Positions 10,606 to 21,114 of a stretch of DNA of 51,603 nucleotides are shown here, piece after piece. Origin of the DNA: Candidatus Puniceispirillum sp. Its GTDB lineage: Bacteria; Pseudomonadota; Alphaproteobacteria; Puniceispirillales; Puniceispirillaceae. Below the pieces are notes generated by a model. That model did no database searches. It worked only from the letters and a program-made list of their open reading frames with translations, and was not told the origin of the DNA. Position numbers and translations under genes: made by a program. The stretch's first letter is position 1, and every line of letters begins with the position of its first letter. Where the stretch lies: positions 1 through 51,603 of the forward strand of contig JADHLR010000001.1 of the NCBI GenBank assembly GCA_016780525.1, read 5' to 3'.

Positions 10606-11316
10606 CTAGACGCCAACCACCCTGCTCGTGCGGTCTGCCTTCGGGCGCGAGTCTTCGGGAACAGCGCCATGCACCAGAAAATGCACCTGTTCGGCAATGC
10701 CTGTTGCATAATCACCAATACGTTCAATATTTTTCGCGATAAACAGCAGATGAGCGCCCGTTGCCACAACATTTGGATCACGCGACATCGACGCCAGCAC
10801 TTCTTTGTAAAAGGCGGTATGCATGTGATCCACCTCAATATCGCGGCGCCACACATCAAGCGCCTTATCAGCATCACGCGTGGCATAGGCGCGCATGACA
10901 TCATGCAACATGTCGCGGGTGACCTGTCCCATCCGGCCAATATTAACGCCCGGAATATTTTCATTGCCGGCCGTCGCAATCACCTTGGTACGATTGGCTA
11001 TATTGCGCGCATAATCGCCAGTGCGTTCAAGGATCGTAGCAACCTTCAATGCTACCAGAACGTGTCGCAAGTCTTTTGCAAGCGGTGAACGAACAGCAAT
11101 AATTTCAAGCGCTTTTTCGTGTATCTCAGCCTCGAGCTCATCCAGTTTAGCATCATCTTTGATAATTTTATCTAGAGTATTTTGATGCTGTGTAGCTAAT
11201 GCATCAATAGACAGCTCAAATTGCGTTATTGCCATTTTTCCAAGATCTTGCAGAGATGAATTCAATGCTAAGAGATCATCATCGAATGCCGTAACTATAT
11301 GTTGGTTATCTCTCAC
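10606..11316 (-). CDS. phoU: Phosphate signalling protein PhoU
   Basis: PLAKDLR, LERTGDYARNIA and KNIERIGDYATGIAE repeats. GTG start after AGGAG. Confidence 0.96.
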   Translation of the reverse strand: MRDNQHIVTAFDDDLLALNSSLQDLGKMAITQFELSIDALATQHQNTLDKIIKDDAKLDELEAEIHEKALEIIAVRSPLAKDLRHVLVALKVATILERTGDYARNIANRTKVIATAGNENIPGVNIGRMGQVTRDMLHDVMRAYATRDADKALDVWRRDIEVDHMHTAFYKEVLASMSRDPNVVATGAHLLFIAKNIERIGDYATGIAEQVHFLVHGAVPEDSRPKADRTSRVVGV

Positions 11317-11325
11317 ATTTATCTC

Positions 11326-12108
11326 CTAACCGATTTTACCTGAGATATAGGCTTCAGTTTGTTCGTTTTGTGGCCGCGTGAAAATTCCTTTTGTATCGCC
11401 ATACTCAATCAACTGACCAAGGTGAAAATAAGCGGTTTTTTGAGAAACGCGTGCCGCTTGCTGCATTGAGTGAGTAACAATAAGTATAGTAAATCGGCTC
11501 TGCAAGTCGCTTATTAGCTCCTCAATAATTGAGGTGGCAATTGGATCCAAGGCCGAACAAGGTTCATCCATCAGCAAAATATCGGGTCCAATTGCGATCG
11601 CCCGAGCGATGCACAACCTCTGCTGCTGACCGCCTGACAAGCCCGTTGCCTGATCATTCAATCGGTCCGATACTTCCTTCCACAAACCCGCCTTTTTCAG
11701 GCTGTCTTCAACAATAAAGTCCATCTCTTGACGGTTCGCCGCCAAACCATGAATACGCGGTCCATAGGCTACATTTTCATAAACTGTCTTGGGAAATGGA
11801 TTCGGTTTTTGAAACACCATCCCGACCCGGGCGCGTAACAAAACCGGATCTATTTTCGGGCTGTTCAAATCCACATCATCCAAAAGAATTTGGCCCTGCA
11901 CCCGGCAACTTGGGATGACGTCGTTCATCCGGTTAAAGCACCGTAAAAAAGTTGACTTGCCACATCCTGACGGCCCAATGAACGATGTTACAGACTTTTC
12001 ATCAATACCGAGTGACACGTCAAAAAGCGCCTGTTTTTCAGCATAAAAAACATTAACTTTTTGAGCTTTCAATTTGCTGTCCGACATCATTTCGACAGAT
12101 GTATCCAT
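11326..12108 (-). CDS. pstB: Phosphate ABC transporter ATPase
   Basis: [44 protein letters not shown] and [10 protein letters not shown]. Start uncertain (12108/12090). Confidence 0.97.
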   Translation of the reverse strand: MDTSVEMMSDSKLKAQKVNVFYAEKQALFDVSLGIDEKSVTSFIGPSGCGKSTFLRCFNRMNDVIPSCRVQGQILLDDVDLNSPKIDPVLLRARVGMVFQKPNPFPKTVYENVAYGPRIHGLAANRQEMDFIVEDSLKKAGLWKEVSDRLNDQATGLSGGQQQRLCIARAIAIGPDILLMDEPCSALDPIATSIIEELISDLQSRFTILIVTHSMQQAARVSQKTAYFHLGQLIEYGDTKGIFTRPQNEQTEAYISGKIG

Positions 12109-12113
12109 CTTGC

Positions 12114-13457
12114 TTACCACTTCTTTTCAAATTTACGACGTAACAAAACTGCGGTCATATTCATTGATATCAAAAACAATAGTAATGCCATGATTGCTAG
12201 AGAGGCGCGCTCGTAGAAAGCTCGCTCGGCACTATCTGACCAAATAAAGATTTGCACAGGCAAAGCCGTCGCCGGGTCTGTAAAACTAGTCGGCACATCA
12301 ACAATGAACGCTACCATGCCGATCATGATTAGCGGGGCGGTCTCGCCAAGTGCCTGCGCTATTCCAATAATTGTGCCAGTCAGGATACCGGGTGCGGCTA
12401 ATGGCAAAACATGATCAAGCGCTGTTTGCATTGGCGAGGCTCCAAGCCCAAGGGCTGCATCGCGTATTGAGGTTGGCACCGCCCGAATTGATGCCCTTGT
12501 TGCAATAATTATGGTCGGCAATGTCATCAACGCCAACACCATACCACCGACAAGCGGTGCAGACCGCGGCATGCCAAAAAAGCCCAAAAACACGGCAAGA
12601 CCCAACAGACCGAATACAATCGACGGCACCGCTGCTAGATTGTTTACATTAACTTCAATAAAATCGGTTAGGCGGCCCGGTGGGGCAAAATATTCAAGAT
12701 AGACTGCGGCCATGACTGCGAGCGGAAGCGCAAGCATAACTGTAATAACAAGGGCCATGGCCGAGCCCACAATCGCACCCAACACACCAGCGCTCTCCGG
12801 CTCTCGAGAGTCAGCAGCGGTGAAAAATGTTGAATTAAATGCCAAGCGAACTGAACCCTCAGCTACAATCTTGTCAAACCAGACAAGCTGGTTATCTTTA
12901 ATACGCCGCTTTTTTTCGTCGATGCTGCGATCCATGCGGCCTTTCATCAGCATATCGACATCGTCTGATGATTTCACCCAATAGGTCACCGCACCGGTTG
13001 GGACAGTGCCAGCCGCCTCGATCTGCAGGCGTAAATCATAGCCGGCATTTGCCGACAGCAATTCGCCGAGGCTGCGCTGTTCAAGCATGCCAGTGACCTC
13101 TGGAAAGGCTTTTCTGAAGCTGCGCTTGACCAGACCATCCCAGTTGTAATTTCGCGATTTATCAACATCAATCACGCCATTTGCATCAACAATCTCATCA
13201 GCCGGCACATCGATTGTTACGGCAATTTCGGTTTGTTGCAAAGCTGTGTAACCATTACTTATGATCGTAGTCAGCAAAATGCACAAAAACCCAATCGCGG
13301 TACATATCGCCGCTATGCCATAAATGCGCAGCCGTTTCGATGCGGCGCGGCGTTTTTTCAGGCCAGCAGCGATATGCGCCATCCGCACCGATGTCGGGGC
13401 ATTATACAGACCCGCTACGCCGGCAGATGACGACACTATTTCGTGGTGATCATTCAT
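12114..13457 (-). CDS. pstA: Phosphate ABC transporter permease PstA
   Basis: [24 protein letters not shown] and LGETAPL. Start at MNDHHE (13457) overlaps the pstC stop. Confidence 0.95.
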   Translation of the reverse strand: MNDHHEIVSSSAGVAGLYNAPTSVRMAHIAAGLKKRRAASKRLRIYGIAAICTAIGFLCILLTTIISNGYTALQQTEIAVTIDVPADEIVDANGVIDVDKSRNYNWDGLVKRSFRKAFPEVTGMLEQRSLGELLSANAGYDLRLQIEAAGTVPTGAVTYWVKSSDDVDMLMKGRMDRSIDEKKRRIKDNQLVWFDKIVAEGSVRLAFNSTFFTAADSREPESAGVLGAIVGSAMALVITVMLALPLAVMAAVYLEYFAPPGRLTDFIEVNVNNLAAVPSIVFGLLGLAVFLGFFGMPRSAPLVGGMVLALMTLPTIIIATRASIRAVPTSIRDAALGLGASPMQTALDHVLPLAAPGILTGTIIGIAQALGETAPLIMIGMVAFIVDVPTSFTDPATALPVQIFIWSDSAERAFYERASLAIMALLLFLISMNMTAVLLRRKFEKKW

Positions 13458-14862
13458 AGCGTTGCCCCAATTTACGCGATACATGCAATGCCGCGATATT
13501 CAGCACCAAAGTCACCACAAACAAGGTGATGCCTAACGCAAAGGCCGACAATGTTTTGACCGAGTCAAATTCATTATCGCCTGTCAGCAGCATGACGATC
13601 TGCACCGTAACTGTGGTCACTGATTCGAGCGGGTTGATGGTCAGATTGGCAGCGACACCAGCGGCCATCACAACAATCATGGTTTCGCCAACGGCGCGGC
13701 TAAACGCCAGCAGGAAAGCACCGACCAGACCGGGAAAGGCTGATGGCAAAACCACCCGCAACATTGTCTCGGCGCGCGTACTGCCCAGCCCCAAGGCGCC
13801 GTCCCGCAATGATTGCGGCACCGCAGAAATCACATCATCTGACAGCGACGAGATAAACGGGATAATCATGATCCCCATAACCCCACCGGCCGCCAATGCG
13901 CTTTGTGACGACACATCCAGCCCGACTAACATGCCGGCATCGCGAAAAAATGGCGCCGCTGTCAAAGCCGCAAAATAGCCATACACAACGGTGGGTATGC
14001 CGGCCAGAACCTCGAGTGCCGGCTTGATCACATTCCGTACTTTTCGCGGAGCGAAATCGGCTGTGTAGATTGCCGAAAACAACCCAACCGGCACCGCCAC
14101 CAGCATCGCAATCAACGCCACCAACAGCGTACCCAGCATCACCGGAACCATGCCAAATGACCCGGACGAGCCGGCCACGGCCTCATCGGCTGCCGTTTCT
14201 GTGCCTTCGCGAAGCGATACCATTGGCGACCAATGCGTTCCGAAAAAGAAATCAATCATCGAAATTTCACTAAAGAACCGGTACGCCTCAAATAATAAAG
14301 ATGAAATAATGCCAATCGTAGTCAGGATCGCCAGCACTGCGGCCGCAAAAAAGCTGCGGCGCAAAAACCCTTCAAACGCCACCCGTGCTTTAAGCTGTGG
14401 GGTGATGCGCAAGAACGCGAACAAAAACCCGATCATCATCACCGTCAACAGCGTCAGAACACGCGCCAGATCAACACGGTTCATCGATTCTTTCAGGGCG
14501 GCTGCTTCTGCCGCCATAATCTCATCGGGCGCATCGATAAAGCCAGCGGCAATATTTTGCAGCTGCGCTGCTTTTAATTCGAGAAAACTAGGAGGCAGGG
14601 ACGGGTATGCAAGACGCAACCGTGCTTCGGCCGCATTGATAAGAAGTGGATCGGCGGCAAACGCCCAAACCAGCGCCAGAACTGATGCAGGCACCAACGT
14701 CCAAAGGGCTGCATATACACCGTAATATTTAACCAGTGAATGGGCTTTTACACCATCTCTGGCGACATGCGATCTGATCCGTTGATGCGCCAGCGTGTAC
14801 GCTACAAAACCAAAAATGATCGTTAAAATCAGCAATGCCACATTACTTGTTAAGAATGTCAT
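13450..14862 (-). CDS. pstC: Phosphate ABC transporter permease PstC
   Basis: KPALEVLAGIPTVVYG, LRDGALGLGST and SRAVGETMIV. Confidence 0.95.
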   Translation of the reverse strand: MTFLTSNVALLILTIIFGFVAYTLAHQRIRSHVARDGVKAHSLVKYYGVYAALWTLVPASVLALVWAFAADPLLINAAEARLRLAYPSLPPSFLELKAAQLQNIAAGFIDAPDEIMAAEAAALKESMNRVDLARVLTLLTVMMIGFLFAFLRITPQLKARVAFEGFLRRSFFAAAVLAILTTIGIISSLLFEAYRFFSEISMIDFFFGTHWSPMVSLREGTETAADEAVAGSSGSFGMVPVMLGTLLVALIAMLVAVPVGLFSAIYTADFAPRKVRNVIKPALEVLAGIPTVVYGYFAALTAAPFFRDAGMLVGLDVSSQSALAAGGVMGIMIIPFISSLSDDVISAVPQSLRDGALGLGSTRAETMLRVVLPSAFPGLVGAFLLAFSRAVGETMIVVMAAGVAANLTINPLESVTTVTVQIVMLLTGDNEFDSVKTLSAFALGITLFVVTLVLNIAALHVSRKLGQRYE

Positions 14863-14980
14863 GGCCTGTCTTTCAAAACGTTCAATTTTTTACCCAGCAA
14901 GGTGCGGTTACAGGCTCTGACAGCTTGTGTCAATAAAGATGCGGCCTGCTGGCAAGACACATATCAAAATGCGTGCTGTT

Positions 14981-15022
14981 TAAAATAAGCGCAGATGCCA
15001 GATTTTCCCGACATCTGCGCTT
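14981..15022 (-). terminator. Stem-loop after pstS (intrinsic terminator / mRNA stabiliser)
   Basis: Minus strand reads AAGCGCAGATG-TCGG-GAAAAT-CTGG-CATCTGCGCTT followed by ATTTTAAA. The inner G-U pairs form only on the minus strand. Confidence 0.8.
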
Positions 15023-15036
15023 TGTTATTTAGTCAT

Positions 15037-16059
15037 TTACAGGCTGTTCTTGGCTGCGACCTGCTTTGCAAAGTCATCAGCAGCCAGCGGCACGAGACCG
15101 GCTGGGAACAAATATCCGTCCATACCCATGGCCTTGTCCGAGATGAATTCATTGATGAATTCTTTCATCCCTGGAATCACACCCATATGCTGCTTTTTCA
15201 CATAGAAGAACAGCGGACGCGCACCTGGATATTTGTATGATGCGATGTTTTCAAAGTTCAGCTCAACACCGTCAAGCAACGAGGCTTGCACCTTGTCGCG
15301 GTTCTGGTCAAAGAATGAGTAACCGAAAACACCGAACATGTCTTTGTCGGCGACAAGCTTTTCGATGATCAGCGCGTCATTTTCACCAACTTCAATAGCG
15401 GCACCATCTTCGCGCAGCTTCTTATAGCCGCTACCTTCGAGGCCAAGCTTTTTCCAGCCGGCTTTCATGAACAGTGAGCCCATGGCATCACGTGTACCTG
15501 AGGTTGGTGGAGGCACCATGATGCTAACTGGCTGCGCTGGCAGACCAATAGCCGCTGTACCCATGGCTTTTGCGACATAGGCGTCAACCTCGGCCCATGT
15601 GTTCAGACCGTTGGCTTTCGCGCTCTCGCCGCCAAAACCCTGGTTTGGCAGTTCAGCCGCGAGTGCTGCAGCGACATGCGCGATCGAAATGTTGAACTTC
15701 TGACCGTTCAGGCTGTTTGACACGGCCACACCATCATTGCCAACGATGAACTCCTGAAACTCAACACCAGCATCGGCGCATAATTTGGCTTCGCTACTTT
15801 TCATTGCGCGTGAGGCATTTGTGATATCCGGATGTTCGACACCGACCCCTTTACAAAACAGCTTCATACCGCCGCCCGTACCGGTTGATTCGATGACCGG
15901 GGTTTTGAACCCGCTTGACTGGCCAAATTTTTCAGCAACGATTGTCGCAAATGGGTACACGGTTGACGAACCAACGATTGAAATTTGGTCACGTGCCTGT
16001 GCACCGCCGGCTGCCAGCATACCGGCAATAACGCCTGCAGTGAGGATAGAAAAACGCAT
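15037..16059 (-). CDS. pstS: Phosphate ABC transporter substrate-binding protein PstS
   Basis: Signal peptide ending AQA|RDQISIVGSSTVYPF, plus ESTGTGGG, PPPTSGTRD and YPGARPLFFYVK. AGGAG lies 6 nt before ATG 16059. Confidence 0.95.
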   Translation of the reverse strand: MRFSILTAGVIAGMLAAGGAQARDQISIVGSSTVYPFATIVAEKFGQSSGFKTPVIESTGTGGGMKLFCKGVGVEHPDITNASRAMKSSEAKLCADAGVEFQEFIVGNDGVAVSNSLNGQKFNISIAHVAAALAAELPNQGFGGESAKANGLNTWAEVDAYVAKAMGTAAIGLPAQPVSIMVPPPTSGTRDAMGSLFMKAGWKKLGLEGSGYKKLREDGAAIEVGENDALIIEKLVADKDMFGVFGYSFFDQNRDKVQASLLDGVELNFENIASYKYPGARPLFFYVKKQHMGVIPGMKEFINEFISDKAMGMDGYLFPAGLVPLAADDFAKQVAAKNSL

Positions 16060-16112
16060 TGACATCTCCTGTCTAGTAAAGTCGTGAGGATGACCTAAGG
16101 GCCATGGCGACC

Positions 16113-16168
16113 GTATTAGGCGGTGAATATGACAATAGATTTTCAGAAATGTTACAGTTATGTGACAG
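16113..16168 (-). promoter_or_regulatory. Tandem Pho boxes (four 11-bp-period heptamers) and candidate -10 of pstS promoter
   Basis: Minus strand: CTGTCAC-ATAA-CTGTAAC-ATTT-CTGAAAA-TCTA-TTGTCAT, then 10 nt and TAATAC. Matches the CTGTCAT-N4-CTGTCAC consensus. Confidence 0.85.
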
Positions 16169-16216
16169 CGTTTTTTGCCGTAATTATTGCTGGTATTTTT
16201 GCTGCAAAATCAGCCG

Positions 16217-17290
16217 CTAATGTTTAGACTTCACATGAATAAGCGGCAGCACCACAGAAAATTTTGTGGTTTCATTCAGGCTGCTGGCCACCGATAATGT
16301 GCCGCGGTGTCGATTCACAATATGTTTGACAATGGCAAGCCCCAACCCGGTACCACCAATCTGTCGCGACCGCGCTTTATCGACCCGGTAAAACCGCTCG
16401 GTCAATCGCGACAAATGCCGCTGTTCAATACCCTCGCCATGATTGATCACATCGATTTGCAGGCGATTTGCACTGACCTCAAAAATACGGACGTCGATCT
16501 GGGTGTTGGCAGTGCCATATTTAATGGCGTTTTCGATGATATTGACAAAGACCTCGGTGATTTCGTCAAAGCTACCCAGCATCAGCGGATGCGAAACTTT
16601 GTCGGCGCGCTGATCATTTAGCTTGATCACCATGCCGCGCTCGGCAGCTCGCCCGGCAAGACTATCATGCACGGTTAATAAAACATCGAGCAATTTAACC
16701 TGATCATCGGGAACAATATGTTCATCCACCTCGACCCGTGACAGCGACAGCAGATCATCGATCAGGCGCGACATGCGTTTGGCTTCTTCATCCATAATGG
16801 TCAGAAACCGCGTCCGCATGGCTTCATCAGGCACCTCACTGCCCAGCATGGTTTCGATAAAACCGGCAAGGCTGGTCAGCGGCGACCGCAGTTCATGGCT
16901 GACATTGGCAACAAAATCACGCCGCACATTTTCCAGATTCTTTTGCCGCGTCATATCCAGAAACAACAGCGCAATCGGCCCGTCGCCAAGCCGTTTGAGA
17001 CGCAATTTGAATTCCCGCCGGATAATCTCGCTTTTGGGGTGATAAAAAATCTCCAGCTCGGCCCGTTTCAGCGCGGTTTTATGAAACGCCTTGCCAAAAT
17101 CAGCATCTTCAATCAGCTCAAAAATAAGCTGGCCAATGATTTGATCGTTAAATAGCTGACGCGCCGCGGCGTTTGCCGATAACACCACACCGCTGCCATC
17201 GGTCAGCAGCAAGGCCTCATCCAGCAGATCGGCCATTTGTCCGATTGTGGCAACACTATTGGGTGATTCGGAATCGTCAAGCTGCGTCAT
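16217..17290 (-). CDS. phoR: Phosphate regulon sensor kinase PhoR (PAS-HisKA-HATPase, no evident TM segments)
   Basis: RRDFVANVSHELRSPLT, NIIENAIKYG and RLTERFYRVDKARSRQIGGTGLGLAIVKHI. Probable ATG at 17290, just after the ppx stop. Confidence 0.93.
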   Translation of the reverse strand: MTQLDDSESPNSVATIGQMADLLDEALLLTDGSGVVLSANAAARQLFNDQIIGQLIFELIEDADFGKAFHKTALKRAELEIFYHPKSEIIRREFKLRLKRLGDGPIALLFLDMTRQKNLENVRRDFVANVSHELRSPLTSLAGFIETMLGSEVPDEAMRTRFLTIMDEEAKRMSRLIDDLLSLSRVEVDEHIVPDDQVKLLDVLLTVHDSLAGRAAERGMVIKLNDQRADKVSHPLMLGSFDEITEVFVNIIENAIKYGTANTQIDVRIFEVSANRLQIDVINHGEGIEQRHLSRLTERFYRVDKARSRQIGGTGLGLAIVKHIVNRHRGTLSVASSLNETTKFSVVLPLIHVKSKH

Positions 17291-17294
17291 GGTC

Positions 17295-18806
17295 TTAGCA
17301 AAACACCACTTGTGGCTGTCGTCCGGCGCTCTCTGCCAAGGCGTTAAAACGGCGGGCGCAAGCTGCATCAAACAGCGGCCGCGCCGCCTTGTTCACATGC
17401 AATGTGATCATGCTGTCATCCAGTTCAAGCCGGATATCCTGCAGATAATTTTTCGTGCCTGCGGTAAAAATCAGGGCAAAACGCAATGCCAGTCCAACGG
17501 TAGTGGCCTGCGCCCGGTGCCGCTCTCCCAGCAGTGATTCCAGCTCTGCTGGCCGCGGTTTATTCTGTTTCGTGCCAACATAGCGGTGATAAAGTGCCAC
17601 CCCGAGCCAGACACGCTCTTTATGCGTCATGCAATTCACCGGCAATCCGAGAATCCGGCGGGCGGCCAGATCGCCGCGCATATCACTATGTTCCTGCCAG
17701 CATATTTCAACCAAATTACAGGCGACTTCAACCAGCCTTGAAAAGGCAGCTGTCGGATTGATCTGCAACAATGGCTGCAGCAATAAATTCAGCGCCTCTG
17801 AAACGCCGGCAAAGCGGTTGCTGGCTTCGGCAATTTCCTGACTGATTGCCAGCAGAAAATCCGCCCGCTGCGCATCATTTAATTCATTGATCGCAATCAC
17901 CCCATCGCGGATGCTGGTGCCGCTGACGACAAGCTGTTCGACACCGGATTCCTGCAGAAGCGCCCGCACAATTTTTGCCGCCATCGGCATGCTGCTGCGC
18001 CGCGACATTGGCACCCCATCCAGATTTGGTGTCACGCTGGTAAATTCGTCGCACATCCCGCGCACAAACCCGGATTTGATTTTGGTGCCATGCAAAACCG
18101 CCAGCGGATAGGACACCCGATGGAAAAACGCCGCCCCGAATGCCCGAAAACTGCCGCCGACACCATATAGTCGCTTGGCCTTGCATGCGGCCAGCCAATC
18201 GGTGTTTTGAAAGGCTTTTAACACGTCTGCTTCATCAACATCTGACAGATGCCCAAAATTATGGCTGATGCCATGTGTGGCCACGCCCTTTTCAAGCAGC
18301 ACAATTTCAATACTGCCGCCACCCAGATCAGCCACCAGACCATCCGCATCAGGGATATTCAGGGTCAGGCCACGCGATACATAATTGGCCTCATCCTGCT
18401 GTGATAGAATCTGAATCGGCATGCCAAGGATGTCTTCGGCTGGCCGATAAAAATCGGCACCATTCTTCGCCCGCCTGACCGCCGCTGTGGCGATCGGATA
18501 ACAGGCTGTCACCTGCATGGCGCGGATAATCGCCGCAAATCTGGTGATGGTTTCAAGCGTCGCGTCAATCCGGTCTTGCACCAGATGACCGGTCTGATCC
18601 AGCCGCGCACCAAGCTGGCAATTTGAACGCTCGTCAAATAGCGGTGTCGGATAGCGGCCGTTTTTACCATAGATCACCAGTCTGGCCGAATTAGAGCCAA
18701 TATCAATAACCGCAATGCGGTCGCTTGGCGGCACCGCATCCAAAACCTGTGGGTATGATCTCTTGCCATCTTCGATGCGCGCTAATTTGGATGTGGCAGA
18801 TGACAT
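17295..18806 (-). CDS. ppx: Exopolyphosphatase Ppx/GppA
   Basis: AVIDIGSNSARLVIY, IATAAVRRAKNG, ADLGGGSIE and SGTSIRDG. Located downstream of ppk1. Confidence 0.92.
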   Translation of the reverse strand: MSSATSKLARIEDGKRSYPQVLDAVPPSDRIAVIDIGSNSARLVIYGKNGRYPTPLFDERSNCQLGARLDQTGHLVQDRIDATLETITRFAAIIRAMQVTACYPIATAAVRRAKNGADFYRPAEDILGMPIQILSQQDEANYVSRGLTLNIPDADGLVADLGGGSIEIVLLEKGVATHGISHNFGHLSDVDEADVLKAFQNTDWLAACKAKRLYGVGGSFRAFGAAFFHRVSYPLAVLHGTKIKSGFVRGMCDEFTSVTPNLDGVPMSRRSSMPMAAKIVRALLQESGVEQLVVSGTSIRDGVIAINELNDAQRADFLLAISQEIAEASNRFAGVSEALNLLLQPLLQINPTAAFSRLVEVACNLVEICWQEHSDMRGDLAARRILGLPVNCMTHKERVWLGVALYHRYVGTKQNKPRPAELESLLGERHRAQATTVGLALRFALIFTAGTKNYLQDIRLELDDSMITLHVNKAARPLFDAACARRFNALAESAGRQPQVVFC

Positions 18807-18827
18807 GCTGACCGCCCCTGACGTCGG

Positions 18828-20939
18828 TTAACTATCTTGTGCCAGGCTACCAAGCCCGGACAAGCTGGGGTTGGAAATAAAATAATCATGGCAGGAAAAG
18901 GCGTCTGTCTCAATTTCCGGCCGCACATAGCTGCCATCAGGCTGCAAAAACCACGAATTTTTCTGGTCACGCAAATGCGCTACCATGATCTGATGCAACA
19001 CCTGTTTGCACACCGTTGGGTTGGTCAAGGTCATGAAACATTCAACGCGGCGCCGCAGATTGCGCGGCATCAGATCGGCTGACGATATGACGACATGATT
19101 TTTTACCGAGGGAAATTCACTGCCATTTGCAAACACATAGATGCGCCCATGTTCCAGAAACCGGCCCACCGTTGAACGCACTGTGATCGTCTCGGACAGC
19201 CCTTTGATGCCCGGGCGCAAACAGCAAATGCCGCGCGCGATAATTTCAATCGGCACGCCAGCCTGCGAGGCCTCATACAACAAACCGATGATCCGGCGAT
19301 CAACCAGCGCATTACATTTGATCCAGATACCCGATGGCTTGCCAGCGGCACAGGAGTCTATTTCAGCGCGGATCAGCGATTCGAGCGACGGGATGGATTG
19401 ATGCGGCGAGACAAAACTGCGTTTGAGTTTTTCCGGTGCCACATGGCTGGTTAGATATTTGAAAATTTCATAGGCATCCCGCCCCACATCTTTATCACAG
19501 GTGAAAAACGAGAGATCAGTGTAGATGCCAGCGGTAATCGGGTGGTAATTGCCGGTGCCAACATGCGTATAGGATACCAGCTTGCCATGCTCGCGGCGCA
19601 CCACCAGCGACATTTTCAAATGGATTTTCAGATCCGTCAGCCCATAGGCAACCTGTACACCGGCCCGGCTTAAATCACGCGCCAGCTGAATATTGTTCTT
19701 TTCATCAAAACGCGCTTTCAGCTCGATCACCGCGGTGACATTTTTGCCATTTTCAGCCGCCTCGATAAGCGCTTTGACAATCGGTGAGTTTGGCGTTGTG
19801 CGATACAGGGTCTGGCGAATGGTCAGCACATCCGGATCATTTGCGGCCTGTTGCAAATAGCGCACTACAACCTCAAAGCTTTCATACGGGTGATGAACAA
19901 CAATATCCTTATTCGCAATGGCGGCAAAACAATCGCCATTGAAATCACGGATCCGCTGGGGGAAGCGGGCTTTGAACGCCGGGTAAAGAAAATGTTTCGG
20001 CAGATAGTTCAGAATCTCGGAAAAATCATCCAGCGCGAGCGGGCCATCACTGTCAAAAAAATTCATCTCGTCAATGGCCATCGCCGCTTTCAGCAAACGG
20101 CGAATTGATTTTGGCGCATCGCGTGACAAGGTCAGCATCACCACATTGCCGCGCTGGCGTGCCCGCAATGCTGTTTCAAACTCATTGATCAGATCATTCG
20201 CTTCATCATCAATTTCGATTTCAGAATCGCGCAGAATGCTAAACATCGAAGCCGCTTTCAACGTGTGGCGCGGATAGATTTTCTTGAGACTGGCTTTGAT
20301 CACCGCTTCGACCTGCAACAGCCGCAGACTGCTACCGGGCAGCCTCACAAATCGCTGCAAATTGGCTGGCAGCAGAATCACCCCCTGCACCGGCTTGTCT
20401 TGCGGGCTGACCAGTTCGAGTATCATCCCCTTGCCTTCATTATGGAAGAACGGGAACGGGTGCGACGGATCAAGCGTGGTTGGCGTGATCAGCGGCAGAA
20501 CATTGTCAACGAACCAGTCATCAAGCCATTCGCGGTCGGCCACATCATCCGGCATCTCTGCCAGAATTTTGATATCCTCATCGGCAAACAAACCGGTCAG
20601 CTCGGCCACAATCTGATGCTGTCGGTGCACCAGCGTGCGGCTGCGGCTGATGATCTGTTCAAGCAGATGATCAAGCGGCATATCATCCGATGGCACCAAT
20701 TTAAAGCCGCGTTTGGCAAGCTGTAGCAACCCGGCAACACGCACCATGAAAAATTCGTTCAGATTCTCCGCAGAAATCGCCAGAAAACGCAGCCGCTCAC
20801 CAAGCGGCATATCGGCCTGTTCGGCCAATGACAACACCCGCTCATTGAAAGCCAGCCAGCTGATTTCACGATTGAAATAGCGCTCCTCACCGGTCAGATC
20901 GTCCAGAATTGGGCTGGTGAATTGAATAGAATCCATCAC
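18828..20939 (-). CDS. ppk1: Polyphosphate kinase 1
   Basis: YFNREISWLAFNERVL, HHPYESF, ELKARFDEKNNI, HVGTGNYH, GRFLEHGR and SSADLMPRNLRRRVE. Confidence 0.97.
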   Translation of the reverse strand: MMDSIQFTSPILDDLTGEERYFNREISWLAFNERVLSLAEQADMPLGERLRFLAISAENLNEFFMVRVAGLLQLAKRGFKLVPSDDMPLDHLLEQIISRSRTLVHRQHQIVAELTGLFADEDIKILAEMPDDVADREWLDDWFVDNVLPLITPTTLDPSHPFPFFHNEGKGMILELVSPQDKPVQGVILLPANLQRFVRLPGSSLRLLQVEAVIKASLKKIYPRHTLKAASMFSILRDSEIEIDDEANDLINEFETALRARQRGNVVMLTLSRDAPKSIRRLLKAAMAIDEMNFFDSDGPLALDDFSEILNYLPKHFLYPAFKARFPQRIRDFNGDCFAAIANKDIVVHHPYESFEVVVRYLQQAANDPDVLTIRQTLYRTTPNSPIVKALIEAAENGKNVTAVIELKARFDEKNNIQLARDLSRAGVQVAYGLTDLKIHLKMSLVVRREHGKLVSYTHVGTGNYHPITAGIYTDLSFFTCDKDVGRDAYEIFKYLTSHVAPEKLKRSFVSPHQSIPSLESLIRAEIDSCAAGKPSGIWIKCNALVDRRIIGLLYEASQAGVPIEIIARGICCLRPGIKGLSETITVRSTVGRFLEHGRIYVFANGSEFPSVKNHVVISSADLMPRNLRRRVECFMTLTNPTVCKQVLHQIMVAHLRDQKNSWFLQPDGSYVRPEIETDAFSCHDYFISNPSLSGLGSLAQDS

Positions 20940-21034
20940 GCGACATTACCATCTTTTGTTATTGAACAGCACCCGTTGACGGCGCTGCCGCGACCAAATG
21001 TAGCTGCATATATACACCCAGCGCAAGGCTCCCA

Positions 21035-21068
21035 AAGATAGGCCGCTTTTGCTACAGTTTTGTTGCAA
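21035..21068 (-). promoter_or_regulatory. Candidate Pho box plus -10 upstream of ppk1
   Basis: Minus strand: TTGCAAC-AAAA-CTGTAGC, then exactly 10 nt and TATCTT. Same geometry as the pstS promoter but a more degenerate match. Confidence 0.5.
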
Positions 21069-21114
21069 TGCCGAAAGCTGTCGCGGCTGCCATCAGGCGG
21101 TCAGTGACAGCGCC

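Noticed and set aside
14907-14923. Pho box upstream of pstC (CTGTCAG-AGC-CTGTAAC, minus strand)
   Set aside because: The half sites are good, but the period is 10 bp rather than the required 11.
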